DNA from: Eubacterium sp. CAG:248
GTDB lineage: Bacteria > Bacillota > Clostridia > Lachnospirales > Lachnospiraceae
Direction: 5' to 3'
NCBI GenBank assembly: GCA_000436475.1
Contig: FR886218.1
Span: 10,938-74,937, forward strand
DNA: 64,000 nucleotides
Shown piece by piece: positions 40,386-50,864 of the stretch; within the stretch, counting starts at the first letter, position 1, and every line of letters begins with the position of its first letter. Below the pieces are notes generated by a model. The model saw only the letters and a list, made by a program, of their open reading frames with translations, was not told the origin of the DNA and searched no databases. The translations under genes were made by a program, and so were the position numbers.

Positions 40386-41228
40386 ATGGAAGTAAGACCA
40401 GGAGCTAATCCTGCTGATGTCAAGAATTATGACACAGACAGATTAAGACATGACTTTTTAATTCAGAATTTATTCGTTGCTGATGAGATTAAGACAATCT
40501 ATAGCCAGATTGACAGAATCATAGTTGGAGCTGCAACACCAGTTAACAAAGAACTTGTTCTTGAGGCAGGTGCAGAATTAAGAGCTAAGTATTTCCTTGA
40601 AAGAAGAGAGATGGGTATCATCAATATCGGTGGTAACGGAACAGTTACTGTTGATGGCAAGGAATATAATTTTAAGTATAAAGATGGCATGTACATAGGT
40701 ATGGGTGCTAAGGATATTTCATTTAAGAGTGAAGATCCTAAGAATCCAGCTAAGTTTTATCTTAACAGTGCACCAGCACATAAGACATATCCTACAGTAT
40801 TTATTGATCCAGCTAAGGATATTTTACCTGAGAACAAGAAAGAACTTGGATGTCTTGAAAGTGCAAACCATAGAACTATTAACAAGTATATTCTTCCTGG
40901 ACAGGTTGAAAGTTGTCAGTTAGAGATGGGTATGACTTGTCTTGAACCAGGTAGCGTATGGAACACAATGCCATGTCATACACATGACAGAAGAATGGAA
41001 GTATATCTTTACTTTGAGGTTCCAGAAGATGCAGTTGTATTCCATTATATGGGAGAACCAACAGAAACAAGACATATCGTTATGAGAAACGAAGAAGCTG
41101 TTATATCACCAAGCTGGTCTATTCATTCAGCTTCAGCTACTCATGCTTATACATTCATCTGGGGTATGGTAGGTGAAAACCAGGATTTCGATGATATGGA
41201 TGATGTTGATATGAAGGACCTTAGATAA
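40386..41228 (+). CDS. kduI: 5-dehydro-4-deoxy-D-glucuronate isomerase.
   Basis: Near-colinear with E. coli KduI along the full length (MEVRPG..DRIIVGA..FLERREMGIINIGG..NTMPCHTHDRRMEVY..FIWGMVGENQDFDDMD). Confidence 0.9.
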   Translation: MEVRPGANPADVKNYDTDRLRHDFLIQNLFVADEIKTIYSQIDRIIVGAATPVNKELVLEAGAELRAKYFLERREMGIINIGGNGTVTVDGKEYNFKYKDGMYIGMGAKDISFKSEDPKNPAKFYLNSAPAHKTYPTVFIDPAKDILPENKKELGCLESANHRTINKYILPGQVESCQLEMGMTCLEPGSVWNTMPCHTHDRRMEVYLYFEVPEDAVVFHYMGEPTETRHIVMRNEEAVISPSWSIHSASATHAYTFIWGMVGENQDFDDMDDVDMKDLR

Positions 41229-41367
41229 TCAGAACGTATCTAAAAGGTGCTGATGACTATAATATTTTTGTTAGAATGATTCTCATAGAATATAATGCAT
41301 AATAAACATGTTATACATTTAATTCTTGAGTTCATTGATATATATTAAGAGAAAAGGAGATTTTAAA

Positions 41368-42165
41368 ATGTCAGTAAATTTTTCACTTGAAGGAAAAGTT
41401 GCTTTAGTTACAGGTGCTTCTTATGGTATCGGTTTCGCTATTGCTAGCGGAATGGCTAAGGCTGGCGCAACAATCGTATTTAACGATATTAAGCAGGAAT
41501 TAGTAGATAAGGGATTAGCAGCTTATAAGGAAGCTGGTATCGATGCTCATGGTTATGTTTGTGACGTAACTAACGAAGAACAGGTTAATGCTATGGTAGC
41601 TCAGATTGTTAAGGATGTAGCTCCTATCGATATTCTTGTTAACAACGCTGGTATTATTAAGAGAATTCCAATGTGCGATATGACAGCTGCTGAATTCAGA
41701 CAGGTTATCGACGTTGACCTTAATGCACCATTTATCGTATCTAAGGCAGTTATTCCATCAATGATCGAAAGAGGCCACGGTAAGATTATTAACATCTGCT
41801 CTATGATGTCAGAGTTAGGCCGTGAAACAGTATCAGCTTACGCTGCTGCTAAGGGTGGTCTTAAGATGCTCACAAGAAATATCTGTTCTGAGTATGGTCA
41901 GTACAATATCCAGTGTAATGGTATTGGACCTGGTTACATTGAGACACCTCAGACAGCTCCATTAAGAGAAAGACAGGCTGATGGTTCTAGACATCCATTC
42001 GATCAGTTCATCTGCGCTAAGACACCTGCTAACAGATGGTTAAAGCCAGAAGAATTAGCTGGTCCAGCTGTATTCCTTGCTTCAGAAGCTTCAGATGCCG
42101 TTAACGGACATATTCTTTATGTTGATGGTGGTATCCTTGCTTACATCGGAAAGCAGCCACAGTAA
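41368..42165 (+). CDS. kduD: SDR oxidoreductase of the KduD / gluconate 5-dehydrogenase family.
   Basis: TGASYGIG, NNAG, catalytic Y..AAK. High similarity to KduD/IdnO-type SDRs; lies immediately after kduI. ATG 41368 after an AAGGAG RBS. Confidence 0.8.
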   Translation: MSVNFSLEGKVALVTGASYGIGFAIASGMAKAGATIVFNDIKQELVDKGLAAYKEAGIDAHGYVCDVTNEEQVNAMVAQIVKDVAPIDILVNNAGIIKRIPMCDMTAAEFRQVIDVDLNAPFIVSKAVIPSMIERGHGKIINICSMMSELGRETVSAYAAAKGGLKMLTRNICSEYGQYNIQCNGIGPGYIETPQTAPLRERQADGSRHPFDQFICAKTPANRWLKPEELAGPAVFLASEASDAVNGHILYVDGGILAYIGKQPQ

Positions 42166-42188
42166 TTACATATGGTATAATGAGCGCG

Positions 42189-42224
42189 AAAGCTGGGACA
42201 AGTAACCTTGTTCCAGCTTTTTTT
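42189..42224 (+). terminator. Intrinsic terminator: 14-bp stem (one G.U), then T7.
   Basis: aaagctgggacaag (42189-42202) pairs with cttgttccagcttt (42207-42220), followed by ttttttt. Confidence 0.75.
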
Positions 42225-42342
42225 AATATAAATTCGTAAAATATATAAAATGAATAAAAATACAAGATTTGACTATCAAAATATCCTCTTTTATGATACA
42301 ATTACTATAAAAGTTTTACAAATATGAGAGGAGAACATTTTA

Positions 42343-43302
42343 ATGAAACTTGAAGTAAGAAATCTTACAAAGTCTTTTGAAGATAACCAGGTCTTACATG
42401 GCGTTTCTTTTGAAGTGGAAAGTGGCAGCGCACTTGGACTCTTAGGAAGAAATGGCGCTGGCAAGACAACTACCATAAGAATTATTATGGATGTTTTCAA
42501 AGCGGATTTGGGAGAGGTATATCTTGACGGAAAGCCTTTTAATCCTAAAAAGCATCTTATAGGATATCTTCCTGAAGAACGCGGGTTATATCCTAAGAAA
42601 ACAGTTCTTGAACAGATAGTATATCTTACAAGACTCAGAGGAATATCAAAGAAAGAGGCTGTGAACAATGCCAATAAGTGGTTAAAAAGACTTGAGATTG
42701 ATGAATATACTAACAGAAAGTTAGAAACCTTATCAAAGGGCAATCAGCAGAAGGTGCAGCTTGCCTCAACACTTGCGTGTGAACCAGAGATAGTTATACT
42801 TGATGAGCCATTTAGTGGACTGGATCCTGTGAATTCAAAGATACTTCAGGAAGTTGTGACAGAAGTCATTAATGAGGGTAGAATAGTTATATTTTCAAGT
42901 CATCAGATGAGCTATGTTGAGGAGTTCTGCCGTGATATAGCAATAATAGATAAGGGAAATATAGCACTTTCTGGCAATCTTAAAGATATAAAAAAGAAAT
43001 ATGGTGAGAACCAGCTTGTTATATCAGATGTTAACAAAGATCTGGATACTTTGTCGGATATAGTAAAAGAAAAGCTTTCAGATATTATAGCTGAAACAGG
43101 AAGAACAAGAGAAGATATTATTATTAAAAATATAAGTGCTGCATCAAGGGCAGATATATTAAAGAGAATAGTTGATTGTGGTATAGATGTTGAACATTTT
43201 GAAACATATAAGCCATCACTTAATGATATATTTGTTTCACTTGTAGGGGATGAAGCAGACAATGATAATAAAAAGAATAATATTGAAGGAGGTGCGCATT
43301 GA
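42343..43302 (+). CDS. ABC transporter ATP-binding protein (ABC-2 type).
   Basis: Walker A GRNGAGKTT, signature LSKGNQQK, Walker B ILDEP. Confidence 0.9.
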   Translation: MKLEVRNLTKSFEDNQVLHGVSFEVESGSALGLLGRNGAGKTTTIRIIMDVFKADLGEVYLDGKPFNPKKHLIGYLPEERGLYPKKTVLEQIVYLTRLRGISKKEAVNNANKWLKRLEIDEYTNRKLETLSKGNQQKVQLASTLACEPEIVILDEPFSGLDPVNSKILQEVVTEVINEGRIVIFSSHQMSYVEEFCRDIAIIDKGNIALSGNLKDIKKKYGENQLVISDVNKDLDTLSDIVKEKLSDIIAETGRTREDIIIKNISAASRADILKRIVDCGIDVEHFETYKPSLNDIFVSLVGDEADNDNKKNNIEGGAH

Positions 43303-44579
43303 TGAAAAAGTTAGGTGTAGTTCTTCAATATGAGATTATGACTTATCTTAAGAATAAGTCATATGTAATAAGTACAGTCATTATAGCTGTGATAGCTGCT
43401 GCCATTATGTTTGTGCCAAGATTTTTTGATATAAGTTCAATAACAGGTGTTGATAAAGGAACTGAGGAAAATACAGAAAACAATGCAGATGACAAATCAG
43501 ATAATACAGATGAAGATAAGGATATAATGCTTATATATGATGAGTCGGGTGCATTGTCTGACATACGTATGCTTCAGGCAGCCTTTGATGATATGAAAGT
43601 CGAAAAGGAAGTATCAGAGGCTGCATTAAAAGATAAGATATCCAGGGAAGAAGCAAAGAAAGGCTTTATAGTTCACAGCCTTACAGATTATGAGTACATT
43701 GTATATAATAAAAGTATGACAGATAGCACTAATATGCAGTTTGAACAGGTGCTTACAGCACTTAACCAGATGGTGTATTGTAGTACTAATAATCTTGATT
43801 ATGAAGAGATAATGACAGCCTTTAATCCACAGATTAACAGTGAAACAGTTGTACTTGGCAAGGATATGGGCGCTAATTATATGTATTGTTATATACTTAT
43901 CATTATAATATTTATGATAATTATATTCTATGGGGTCATGGTTGCAACTTCGGTTACACAGGAAAAGTCAAACAGGACTATAGAAGTACTTGTAACAAGT
44001 GCAGATACTAAGATTCTGTTTTTTGGCAAGGTGCTTGCAGGAACTATAGCGGCACTGTGCCAGGCAGGCGTTCTTATGCTTGCTGTTGTTGGTGCATATA
44101 AGATTAACCAGAGTGTATGGGGTGGTATACTTGATATGCTTCTTGATATTCCTGCTGATGTGATTGTTACATATGCGTTATTCGGACTTGGAGGAGTGCT
44201 TTTTTATACATTTATATATGGTGCATTTGGTGCACTTGTATCTAAGACAGAGGACCTTAATAAAAGTGTTGGAAGTATCCAGATGGTCATAATGGTTGTG
44301 TATTTTGTTACACTTTTACAGCTGGGCAATATTGATGGTACAGCTATGAAGGTGCTTTCATACCTGCCATTCAGTTCATATAGTGCAATGTTTGCCCGTG
44401 TTGCCATGGGAAATGTGGCAGTGTGGGAGATTGTTGTTTCATTCATAATACTTGTTGGTGGTATAATAGCTGTGGGCATAGCAGGCTCAGCTATCTATAG
44501 AATGGGAACACTTAGATATGGTAATCCGATTAAGATAACTACGGCAATAAAGAGCCTTTGTAAAAAGAAAAATAAATAA
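43299..44579 (+). CDS. ABC-2 family transporter permease.
   Basis: N-terminal transmembrane segment, extracytoplasmic region, then 5 C-terminal transmembrane segments. ATGA overlap with the ATPase gene. Confidence 0.75.
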   Translation: MMKKLGVVLQYEIMTYLKNKSYVISTVIIAVIAAAIMFVPRFFDISSITGVDKGTEENTENNADDKSDNTDEDKDIMLIYDESGALSDIRMLQAAFDDMKVEKEVSEAALKDKISREEAKKGFIVHSLTDYEYIVYNKSMTDSTNMQFEQVLTALNQMVYCSTNNLDYEEIMTAFNPQINSETVVLGKDMGANYMYCYILIIIIFMIIIFYGVMVATSVTQEKSNRTIEVLVTSADTKILFFGKVLAGTIAALCQAGVLMLAVVGAYKINQSVWGGILDMLLDIPADVIVTYALFGLGGVLFYTFIYGAFGALVSKTEDLNKSVGSIQMVIMVVYFVTLLQLGNIDGTAMKVLSYLPFSSYSAMFARVAMGNVAVWEIVVSFIILVGGIIAVGIAGSAIYRMGTLRYGNPIKITTAIKSLCKKKNK

Positions 44580-44586
44580 GATTATG

Positions 44587-44625
44587 ATAAGACCGTTAGA
44601 TAATATTAGTATCTAACGGTCTTAT
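44587..44625. terminator. Bidirectional intrinsic terminator: perfect 16-bp stem, 7-nt loop.
   Basis: ataagaccgttagata (44587-44602) pairs with tatctaacggtcttat (44610-44625). The minus-strand flank is T-rich. Confidence 0.65.
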
Positions 44626-44689
44626 GCTTATAAAATGCTTAAAATTTCTATAATAAAAAAGTTAATAGCATGAACTAGACAAATGACGA

Positions 44690-45559
44690 TTATAATTTAA
44701 CAGTTTCCCCACCTGGTATCTCAACAATATGATTGTTGTTTACAGCAACCCATACAGAACAAGCGCTAGGGTTGTATATGTATTCATTGTCAGCAAACAT
44801 CTGAAGTCTGTCAAAGGCTTCATTATAATCGACAATTTCTATGTTGGTAGCATACCATATATCATCGCGGTGTCCTATCATTTCAGAGAATTCTTCTATA
44901 ACTGACCAGTTGTCATTTCTGTCGAATTCAAAGCTGTGACCCCATACATACATCATATAAAGATACTGCTTTTTAGTAAGAGCCATAAAGCGTTTGCCGA
45001 ATTCAACAAGGTTGTGGTTATGATGGCATGTAGGTACCCAGTTCATATAATCTGACGGCATGGAAAAACCATTTTCATCACCTAAGAGAATAGGCCCTTC
45101 ACAGCAGTCTGCATATTCAATGGCTGATTTTACAGCAGCATATTGATCTGCAGCTGGTCTTATATATTTTATTCCCAGATCCGCAGCAATGGAAGTGATA
45201 AGCTTATTGCCTGCTCCATTAGGTAGAGCCATGCCACGTACGGGTCTTTTAATAATCTTTTCTATAGCTGTTTTATCTTCAAGGATTTCTCTTGTGATTT
45301 CGTAGCTTCCACAACGGTTCATAGTTGGGTGCGTGCATGTATGAAGTGCAATTTCGTGGTTTTTATATAAAGAACTCCACTCATCTGAATCCAGTCGTAT
45401 ATCCATATCCGTAAGTTGAGAATTTACATTAAAGGTTGCACGGATTCCATTTTTATTGAATATATCTACCAGACGTCTGTCCTGTATTTTGCCATCATCG
45501 TAGCTTAAAGTAAGAACTTTGAATTTACCGCCTGGAAAACACTTATAAATTCTATTCAT
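44690..45559 (-). CDS. Polysaccharide deacetylase (NodB/CE4 family), no signal peptide.
   Basis: NodB motifs LSYDDG and HTCTHP. Second ATG 45559 preferred (GGAG RBS); the ORF track starts at 45571. Confidence 0.75.
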   Translation of the reverse strand: MNRIYKCFPGGKFKVLTLSYDDGKIQDRRLVDIFNKNGIRATFNVNSQLTDMDIRLDSDEWSSLYKNHEIALHTCTHPTMNRCGSYEITREILEDKTAIEKIIKRPVRGMALPNGAGNKLITSIAADLGIKYIRPAADQYAAVKSAIEYADCCEGPILLGDENGFSMPSDYMNWVPTCHHNHNLVEFGKRFMALTKKQYLYMMYVWGHSFEFDRNDNWSVIEEFSEMIGHRDDIWYATNIEIVDYNEAFDRLQMFADNEYIYNPSACSVWVAVNNNHIVEIPGGETVKL

Positions 45560-45666
45560 AATAATCTCCATTCTTGCGCTGCTTCTTTGCGCATCTCAAG
45601 TTTGTGCGAAGCACAAATCTTGCGTGTGAAAATCTTATTTTTCACACTATTCTCCATTCTGGTATA

Positions 45667-45694
45667 ACTATAGCAAGTTATATCTATGTGTAAA
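45667..45694 (-). promoter_or_regulatory. Candidate promoter for the deacetylase gene (minus strand): TTTACA, 16-nt spacer, TATAGT.
   Basis: Reverse complement of tgtaaa (45689-45694) and actata (45667-45672). Confidence 0.35.
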
Positions 45695-45740
45695 ACTTAC
45701 ACATGCTTTTTAAGTATACAATAATTTGATTGTAATGTCA

Positions 45741-47120
45741 TCAGAATTGAATTAAAATACACAAAAAATACAAGAAATGTCGGATAATACGAGATACTTT
45801 ACGAGCATAATTACATTTACTAATATCTTTATCACTTATTATGTTATATTGTTTAACAGCTTCATTGTTTATAAATACAGTTACAGTGCCAATGACATCA
45901 TTTTTTTTAACAGGAGCCATAATACTGTCAGGTATATTGTATTCTATTTTAACTTCATCATCAGATTTAACATATGCACTATATTTTTTATCTATAACAA
46001 CATTGATATCATCTGATGTGCCATTAGTTACTTTTACATTAAAGGTTTTTATATTGTCAAGAAGCACCTGTTTTTCAAAGTTGTTTCTTGCATAATCAAG
46101 CAGTACTTTGGAATCAGTCCATTTATAAGACTTGTTATTTGGCCATCCGCATGCAAGAAGTGCTACTATAAATGTTTTATTTTCATCTTTGTAGGCACAT
46201 ACATAACAATATCCTGCATCTGCAGTAAAGCCGGTTTTTCCTGATATTATATTATCATACATGGATAAGAATGCATTTGCATTAGTAACAGAATATCTTT
46301 TACCATCAAGATTGCTAAAGCTGTAGGAACTGCTTTTTGTTATTTCTATAAAATCAGGATTTTTGATACAGTATGACATCATGACAGAAAGATCATAGGC
46401 AGTTGTCTGGTGTATACCATTCTCATCTGAAGCATCAAGACCATTAGGAGTCACAAAATGTGTGTTAGTACAACCCGCCTCTAAAGCTTTTTTATTCATA
46501 AGATCAGTAAATATCCTTACAAGAACCTTACTTTGCTCTTTACTGATATTTTTTAAAAATGAAGAATTATTACTATAATCAGGTATAAAAGATATATCAT
46601 ATATCAATTCATTCCTTTCTTTATCTGAAAGATTACATATGTAGTAGTAAGCTGCATTTTCAGCAATAATAACTGCGGTATCATTATGTGATCTTAACAT
46701 CAGTGAAAAATACAGGTCTTTTATTGTAAATTGTTCACCATTTATTGCGTTTAATTGTACATCTGGCATAGATGCGGCATATGCAGAGGTTGTTGCTATA
46801 TAGTCATCGGCACATATGCCAAGAGCTGTAATAAGGGTGATGATTTTGGTTGTGCTTGCATTGGGTGCTTTAATATCAGCTCCTTTACCGTAAAGCAGAC
46901 GGTTATTGTCAGCATCAATAAGTGCTGCATAACGTGCATGTAAAGATATATTGTTTTTAGGACTGCTGCTGGCTGCATGCTGTGTTTTACTTACAGCAGT
47001 AATCTTATGTGGAGCAGGGCTTAAACAGGAAAAGTAAACAGGCGATATTAAAAAGAATATATATTCAAAAAGTATAACAATAAATGTTAGCGATGATAGA
47101 ATATATTTTAAAGGTTTCAA
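45741..47120 (-). CDS. D-alanyl-D-alanine carboxypeptidase (serine-type, PBP5/DacB-like).
   Basis: SxxK (ASTTK), SxN (SHND), C-terminal PBP5 domain, N-terminal signal/anchor. TTG start 6 nt after GGAGG. Confidence 0.85.
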   Translation of the reverse strand: MKPLKYILSSLTFIVILFEYIFFLISPVYFSCLSPAPHKITAVSKTQHAASSSPKNNISLHARYAALIDADNNRLLYGKGADIKAPNASTTKIITLITALGICADDYIATTSAYAASMPDVQLNAINGEQFTIKDLYFSLMLRSHNDTAVIIAENAAYYYICNLSDKERNELIYDISFIPDYSNNSSFLKNISKEQSKVLVRIFTDLMNKKALEAGCTNTHFVTPNGLDASDENGIHQTTAYDLSVMMSYCIKNPDFIEITKSSSYSFSNLDGKRYSVTNANAFLSMYDNIISGKTGFTADAGYCYVCAYKDENKTFIVALLACGWPNNKSYKWTDSKVLLDYARNNFEKQVLLDNIKTFNVKVTNGTSDDINVVIDKKYSAYVKSDDEVKIEYNIPDSIMAPVKKNDVIGTVTVFINNEAVKQYNIISDKDISKCNYARKVSRIIRHFLYFLCILIQF

Positions 47121-47322
47121 GCCAGACCTCCATATATGAAATTTTAAATATATTTAGCTTTTAAATATATATACATTTGTTTTGCTATTATGATAAAATT
47201 ATAGTAAAATGTAAGGGATAAAAGGGTATTTATATCTTATGGATATCAATATTTTACAAATATCCAATAGTGACTGCAGTGTTATGCAGCAATCAGTAAA
47301 TATCGGTCATGAAGAGGTGCAT

Positions 47323-48024
47323 ATGAGTTATATAGAATTTGAAAACGTAAAGAAAATATACAAAATGGGTGACGTTAAGATTAAAGCACTTAATGGAGCA
47401 GACTTTAGTATAGAGAAAGGAGAGTTTGCTGTTATTGCAGGTGCAAGTGGTGCAGGTAAAAGTACAATACTTAATCTTATGGGTGGGATGGATACAGCCA
47501 CTACAGGTAAAATAATAGTAGATAAAGAAAATGTTTCTAAATTTAGTGCTAAAAAGCTTACTACATACAGAAGATATGATATAGGCTTTGTGTTCCAGTT
47601 TTATAATCTTGTACAAAATCTTACAGTCAAGGAGAATGTTGAACTTGCAACACAGATATGTAAGAATCCGCTTGATATAGATGAGGTTATAGAGGCGGTA
47701 GGACTTAAAGACAGAAGCTCTAATTTTCCATCCCAGTTGTCGGGTGGTGAACAGCAGAGAGTTGCCATTGCAAGGGCACTGGCAAAGAATCCGAAACTGC
47801 TTTTATGCGATGAACCAACAGGAGCACTTGATTATAATACTGGGAAGCAGATATTGAAGCTTTTACAGGATACATGCAGAAAACGTGGTGTTACAGTAGT
47901 GGTGATAACACATAATCTTGCACTTACAGCGATGGGAGATAAGGTTATAAAAGTTAAAAATGGTATAGTTGACAGTGTAACTGTGAATGAGAATCCACTT
48001 CCGGTAGAGCAGATAGAGTGGTAA
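47323..48024 (+). CDS. ABC transporter ATP-binding protein (MacB/LolD-like).
   Basis: [29 protein letters not shown]. The ATG 47323 start gives the typical N-terminus [13 protein letters not shown]; the ORF track starts in frame at 47239. Confidence 0.85.
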   Translation: MSYIEFENVKKIYKMGDVKIKALNGADFSIEKGEFAVIAGASGAGKSTILNLMGGMDTATTGKIIVDKENVSKFSAKKLTTYRRYDIGFVFQFYNLVQNLTVKENVELATQICKNPLDIDEVIEAVGLKDRSSNFPSQLSGGEQQRVAIARALAKNPKLLLCDEPTGALDYNTGKQILKLLQDTCRKRGVTVVVITHNLALTAMGDKVIKVKNGIVDSVTVNENPLPVEQIEW

Positions 48025-48086
48025 TGAAATATTAATTATGAATATAAACACAAAGTTTGCATGTTACGGAAAGGTAGTTTTATAAG

Positions 48087-50795
48087 ATGAGAAAGGCAGT
48101 ATTTAAAGATTTTATAAGAAACATAAAAGGATCGCTTGGGAGATTCTTTGCTATTATGGCTATAGTAGCGATAGGTGTAGCTTTTTTTGCAGGAGTAACT
48201 GCATCATCAGGAGATATGAAGCATTCATCGGATTCGTATTATGATGAGTATAATATGAATGATATAAGGATATTGTCATCAATAGGATTTACTTCACAGG
48301 ATATAGAGGCAGTCAGTAAGATTTCAGGAGTAAAGGCTGTATACAAAACTAATACGCAGGATGTACTCGTTGATTATGATGGCAGAGAGAATGTTGCACA
48401 TATATCAGGTATTCCGGTTGGAAAAGCATCGGATGATGACAGCTATATTAACCAGCTTAGGATAAAAGAAGGACGTCTCCCACAAAATGATAAGGAATGT
48501 GTTGTTAAGTATGAAGATACACGTAAGTCTATGCAGGTTGGCGATGTTATCAGTTTTAAGTCGGGAACAGAGGATGATATCAATGACACATTTAAGGATA
48601 CAGAGTATACAGTAGTTGGTATAGTGTATACACCATGTTATGTATCATATGATTTAGGTTCGTCTGGCATAGGTAACGGTCATATTAATTATTGTATATA
48701 TGTAGGTGATGATGAATTCAAAAACAACTACTATACGGAATGTTATGCGGTTATAGATGGCGCAAAGGATATGGATACTTACTCAGATGAGTATAAGAAG
48801 CTGATTGATAAGTATGCAGATGATATAAAGGCTATATCAAAAGAAAGGCTTGACATAAGAAAGCAGACAGTTATAGATGAGTATACAAGGGCAAAGGCAG
48901 ACAAGAAGGAAGAACTGTTAGAAACGATTAAGAAAAATGTAGAGGATTCTATTACAGAACAATATCAGGCTTATTATCCTGGTATGGATGTATCCTCAAT
49001 GATAGCACCTTACGTTAAGACAGCATATGAAAAGGCAGTAGCACAATTTGATTTTGATGCAGTTAATGCAGAATATGATAAGAAAATGAATGAAACACTT
49101 GCAGATAGTGATTCATGGGAATGGTATGTACTTACAAGGGAATCGTCATATTCATTCAGGGATTATGAATCAAGTGCAAACAGAATGAAGGCTATAGCAA
49201 CTGTTTTTCCGTTGTTCTTCATAATAGTAGCTGGTCTTGTGTGTCTTACAACTATGACACGTATGGTAGAAGAAGAAAGAGGACTTATAGGAACATATAA
49301 GGCACTTGGATATGGAAAAGCAACGATTGCACTTAAGTATGTGATATATGCATTTCTTGCTTCATTAACAGGTGCAGTTATAGGCTGTGCAGCAGGTCTT
49401 AGATTATTTCCATACATTATATATGAATCATGGAATATTATATATCAGATGCCTGCTATAAAGTATGCAAGTCATACGATACTATCTGTTGTAGCAGTAG
49501 CAAGTCTTATTCTTGTGACTCTTATAGCAACATTATATTCATGCTATAACGAATTATCTGAGGTTCCATCGGCACTCATGAGACCAAAGGCACCAAAGAA
49601 TGGCAAAAAGATTCTTCTTGAGCATACATTTATATGGAAGCATTTATCTTTTACGAAAAAGGTTACCATGAGAAATATATTTCTGTACAAGAAGCGTTTC
49701 TTTATGACAGTTATAGGAATAGCTGGATGTGGTGCACTTATAACGGCAGGTTTTGGTATAAAAGACAGTGTGCAAAGTATTATTGATAATCAGTATGGAC
49801 AGATAATACATTACGATAATATACTTGTATTTAATAAAAATGCAGATAGTGATGCCAAAAATAATTTATCTGATAAGATTTCATCAGATGAGTATTATAA
49901 GTCCTCACTTATGGATTATGCCTATACGGCAGAGGTTAAAATACCAGGAAGTGCAGATGATTATAGTACGGAGATAACAGTTGTAAACGATACATCAGCG
50001 TATATGGATTATGTTACCTTCAGGACAAGAAGAAGTAAGAAAACTATAGAGCTTGATGATTCAGGAGTTATAATAAGTGAGAAGCTTGCTAAAGACCTGA
50101 ATGTTAAAGAAGGAGATAACGTTCTTATACATGATGAAGATAATAAGCAGGCAACGGTGAAGGTATCAGGTGTTATGGAAATGTATATAAATAACTATAT
50201 TTTTATGACGTCTGAGTACTACAGCCAGGTGTTTGGATATACACCGGATAATAACAGGATACTTGGAATATTAACTTCTGACGGAGATGATATACAGTCG
50301 GTTATAGGAGACAGATATCTAACAGATAATAACGTGAAATCACTTACGTTTGTTAAAGCTAATATAACGAGATTTGAGAATATGATACAATCACTTGATC
50401 TTGTAACATGGGTTTTAATAATATCAGCCGGAATGCTTGCATTTGTAGTTTTATATAATCTTACAAATGTTAATATATCAGAGCGTATACGAGAAATTGC
50501 GACTATTAAAGTCCTTGGCTTCTATGACAGAGAGGTTGGGGAGTATGTTTACAGAGAGAATATAATTCTTACACTTATTGGAGGAGTTTTTGGACTTCTT
50601 CTTGGAATGGCACTGCATGCTTATATTATGACAACTATTGAACTTGATGGTGTTATGTTTGGAACTAAGATTAATATAAGTTCATTTTTAATATCGTATG
50701 GAATAACTATATTGTTCTCATTACTTATTAATATTTTTATGTATCCATCACTTAAGAAAATACCTATGGTAGAATCACTTAAATCAGTTGAATGA
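48087..50795 (+). CDS. FtsX-family ABC transporter permease (MacB-type, duplicated FtsX domains, 902 aa).
   Basis: Two 4-transmembrane FtsX modules, each preceded by a large extracytoplasmic domain. Confidence 0.8.
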   Translation: MRKAVFKDFIRNIKGSLGRFFAIMAIVAIGVAFFAGVTASSGDMKHSSDSYYDEYNMNDIRILSSIGFTSQDIEAVSKISGVKAVYKTNTQDVLVDYDGRENVAHISGIPVGKASDDDSYINQLRIKEGRLPQNDKECVVKYEDTRKSMQVGDVISFKSGTEDDINDTFKDTEYTVVGIVYTPCYVSYDLGSSGIGNGHINYCIYVGDDEFKNNYYTECYAVIDGAKDMDTYSDEYKKLIDKYADDIKAISKERLDIRKQTVIDEYTRAKADKKEELLETIKKNVEDSITEQYQAYYPGMDVSSMIAPYVKTAYEKAVAQFDFDAVNAEYDKKMNETLADSDSWEWYVLTRESSYSFRDYESSANRMKAIATVFPLFFIIVAGLVCLTTMTRMVEEERGLIGTYKALGYGKATIALKYVIYAFLASLTGAVIGCAAGLRLFPYIIYESWNIIYQMPAIKYASHTILSVVAVASLILVTLIATLYSCYNELSEVPSALMRPKAPKNGKKILLEHTFIWKHLSFTKKVTMRNIFLYKKRFFMTVIGIAGCGALITAGFGIKDSVQSIIDNQYGQIIHYDNILVFNKNADSDAKNNLSDKISSDEYYKSSLMDYAYTAEVKIPGSADDYSTEITVVNDTSAYMDYVTFRTRRSKKTIELDDSGVIISEKLAKDLNVKEGDNVLIHDEDNKQATVKVSGVMEMYINNYIFMTSEYYSQVFGYTPDNNRILGILTSDGDDIQSVIGDRYLTDNNVKSLTFVKANITRFENMIQSLDLVTWVLIISAGMLAFVVLYNLTNVNISERIREIATIKVLGFYDREVGEYVYRENIILTLIGGVFGLLLGMALHAYIMTTIELDGVMFGTKINISSFLISYGITILFSLLINIFMYPSLKKIPMVESLKSVE

Positions 50796-50804
50796 TCATG
50801 ATAT

Positions 50805-50833
50805 GAATAATCAGAAGACAACCTTCATATACT
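50805..50833 (+). promoter_or_regulatory. Candidate sigma-E-type promoter for spoIIIA: gaATAAT, 14-nt spacer, CATATACT.
   Basis: Compared with the Bacillus sigma-E consensus kmATATT-N14-CATACAnT; one mismatch per element. The -10 lies inside the 5' arm of the hairpin at 50819-50857. Confidence 0.35.
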
Positions 50834-50864
50834 GTGAAAAACAGTATATGGAGGTTGTTTTTTT
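50819..50864 (+). terminator. Strong intrinsic terminator (16-bp stem, one G.U, 7-nt loop, T7). Its 3' arm contains the spoIIIAA GGAGG RBS and the T-tract abuts the start codon.
   Basis: caaccttcatatactg (50819-50834) pairs with cagtatatggaggttg (50842-50857), then ttttttt then ATG 50865. Confidence 0.7.
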
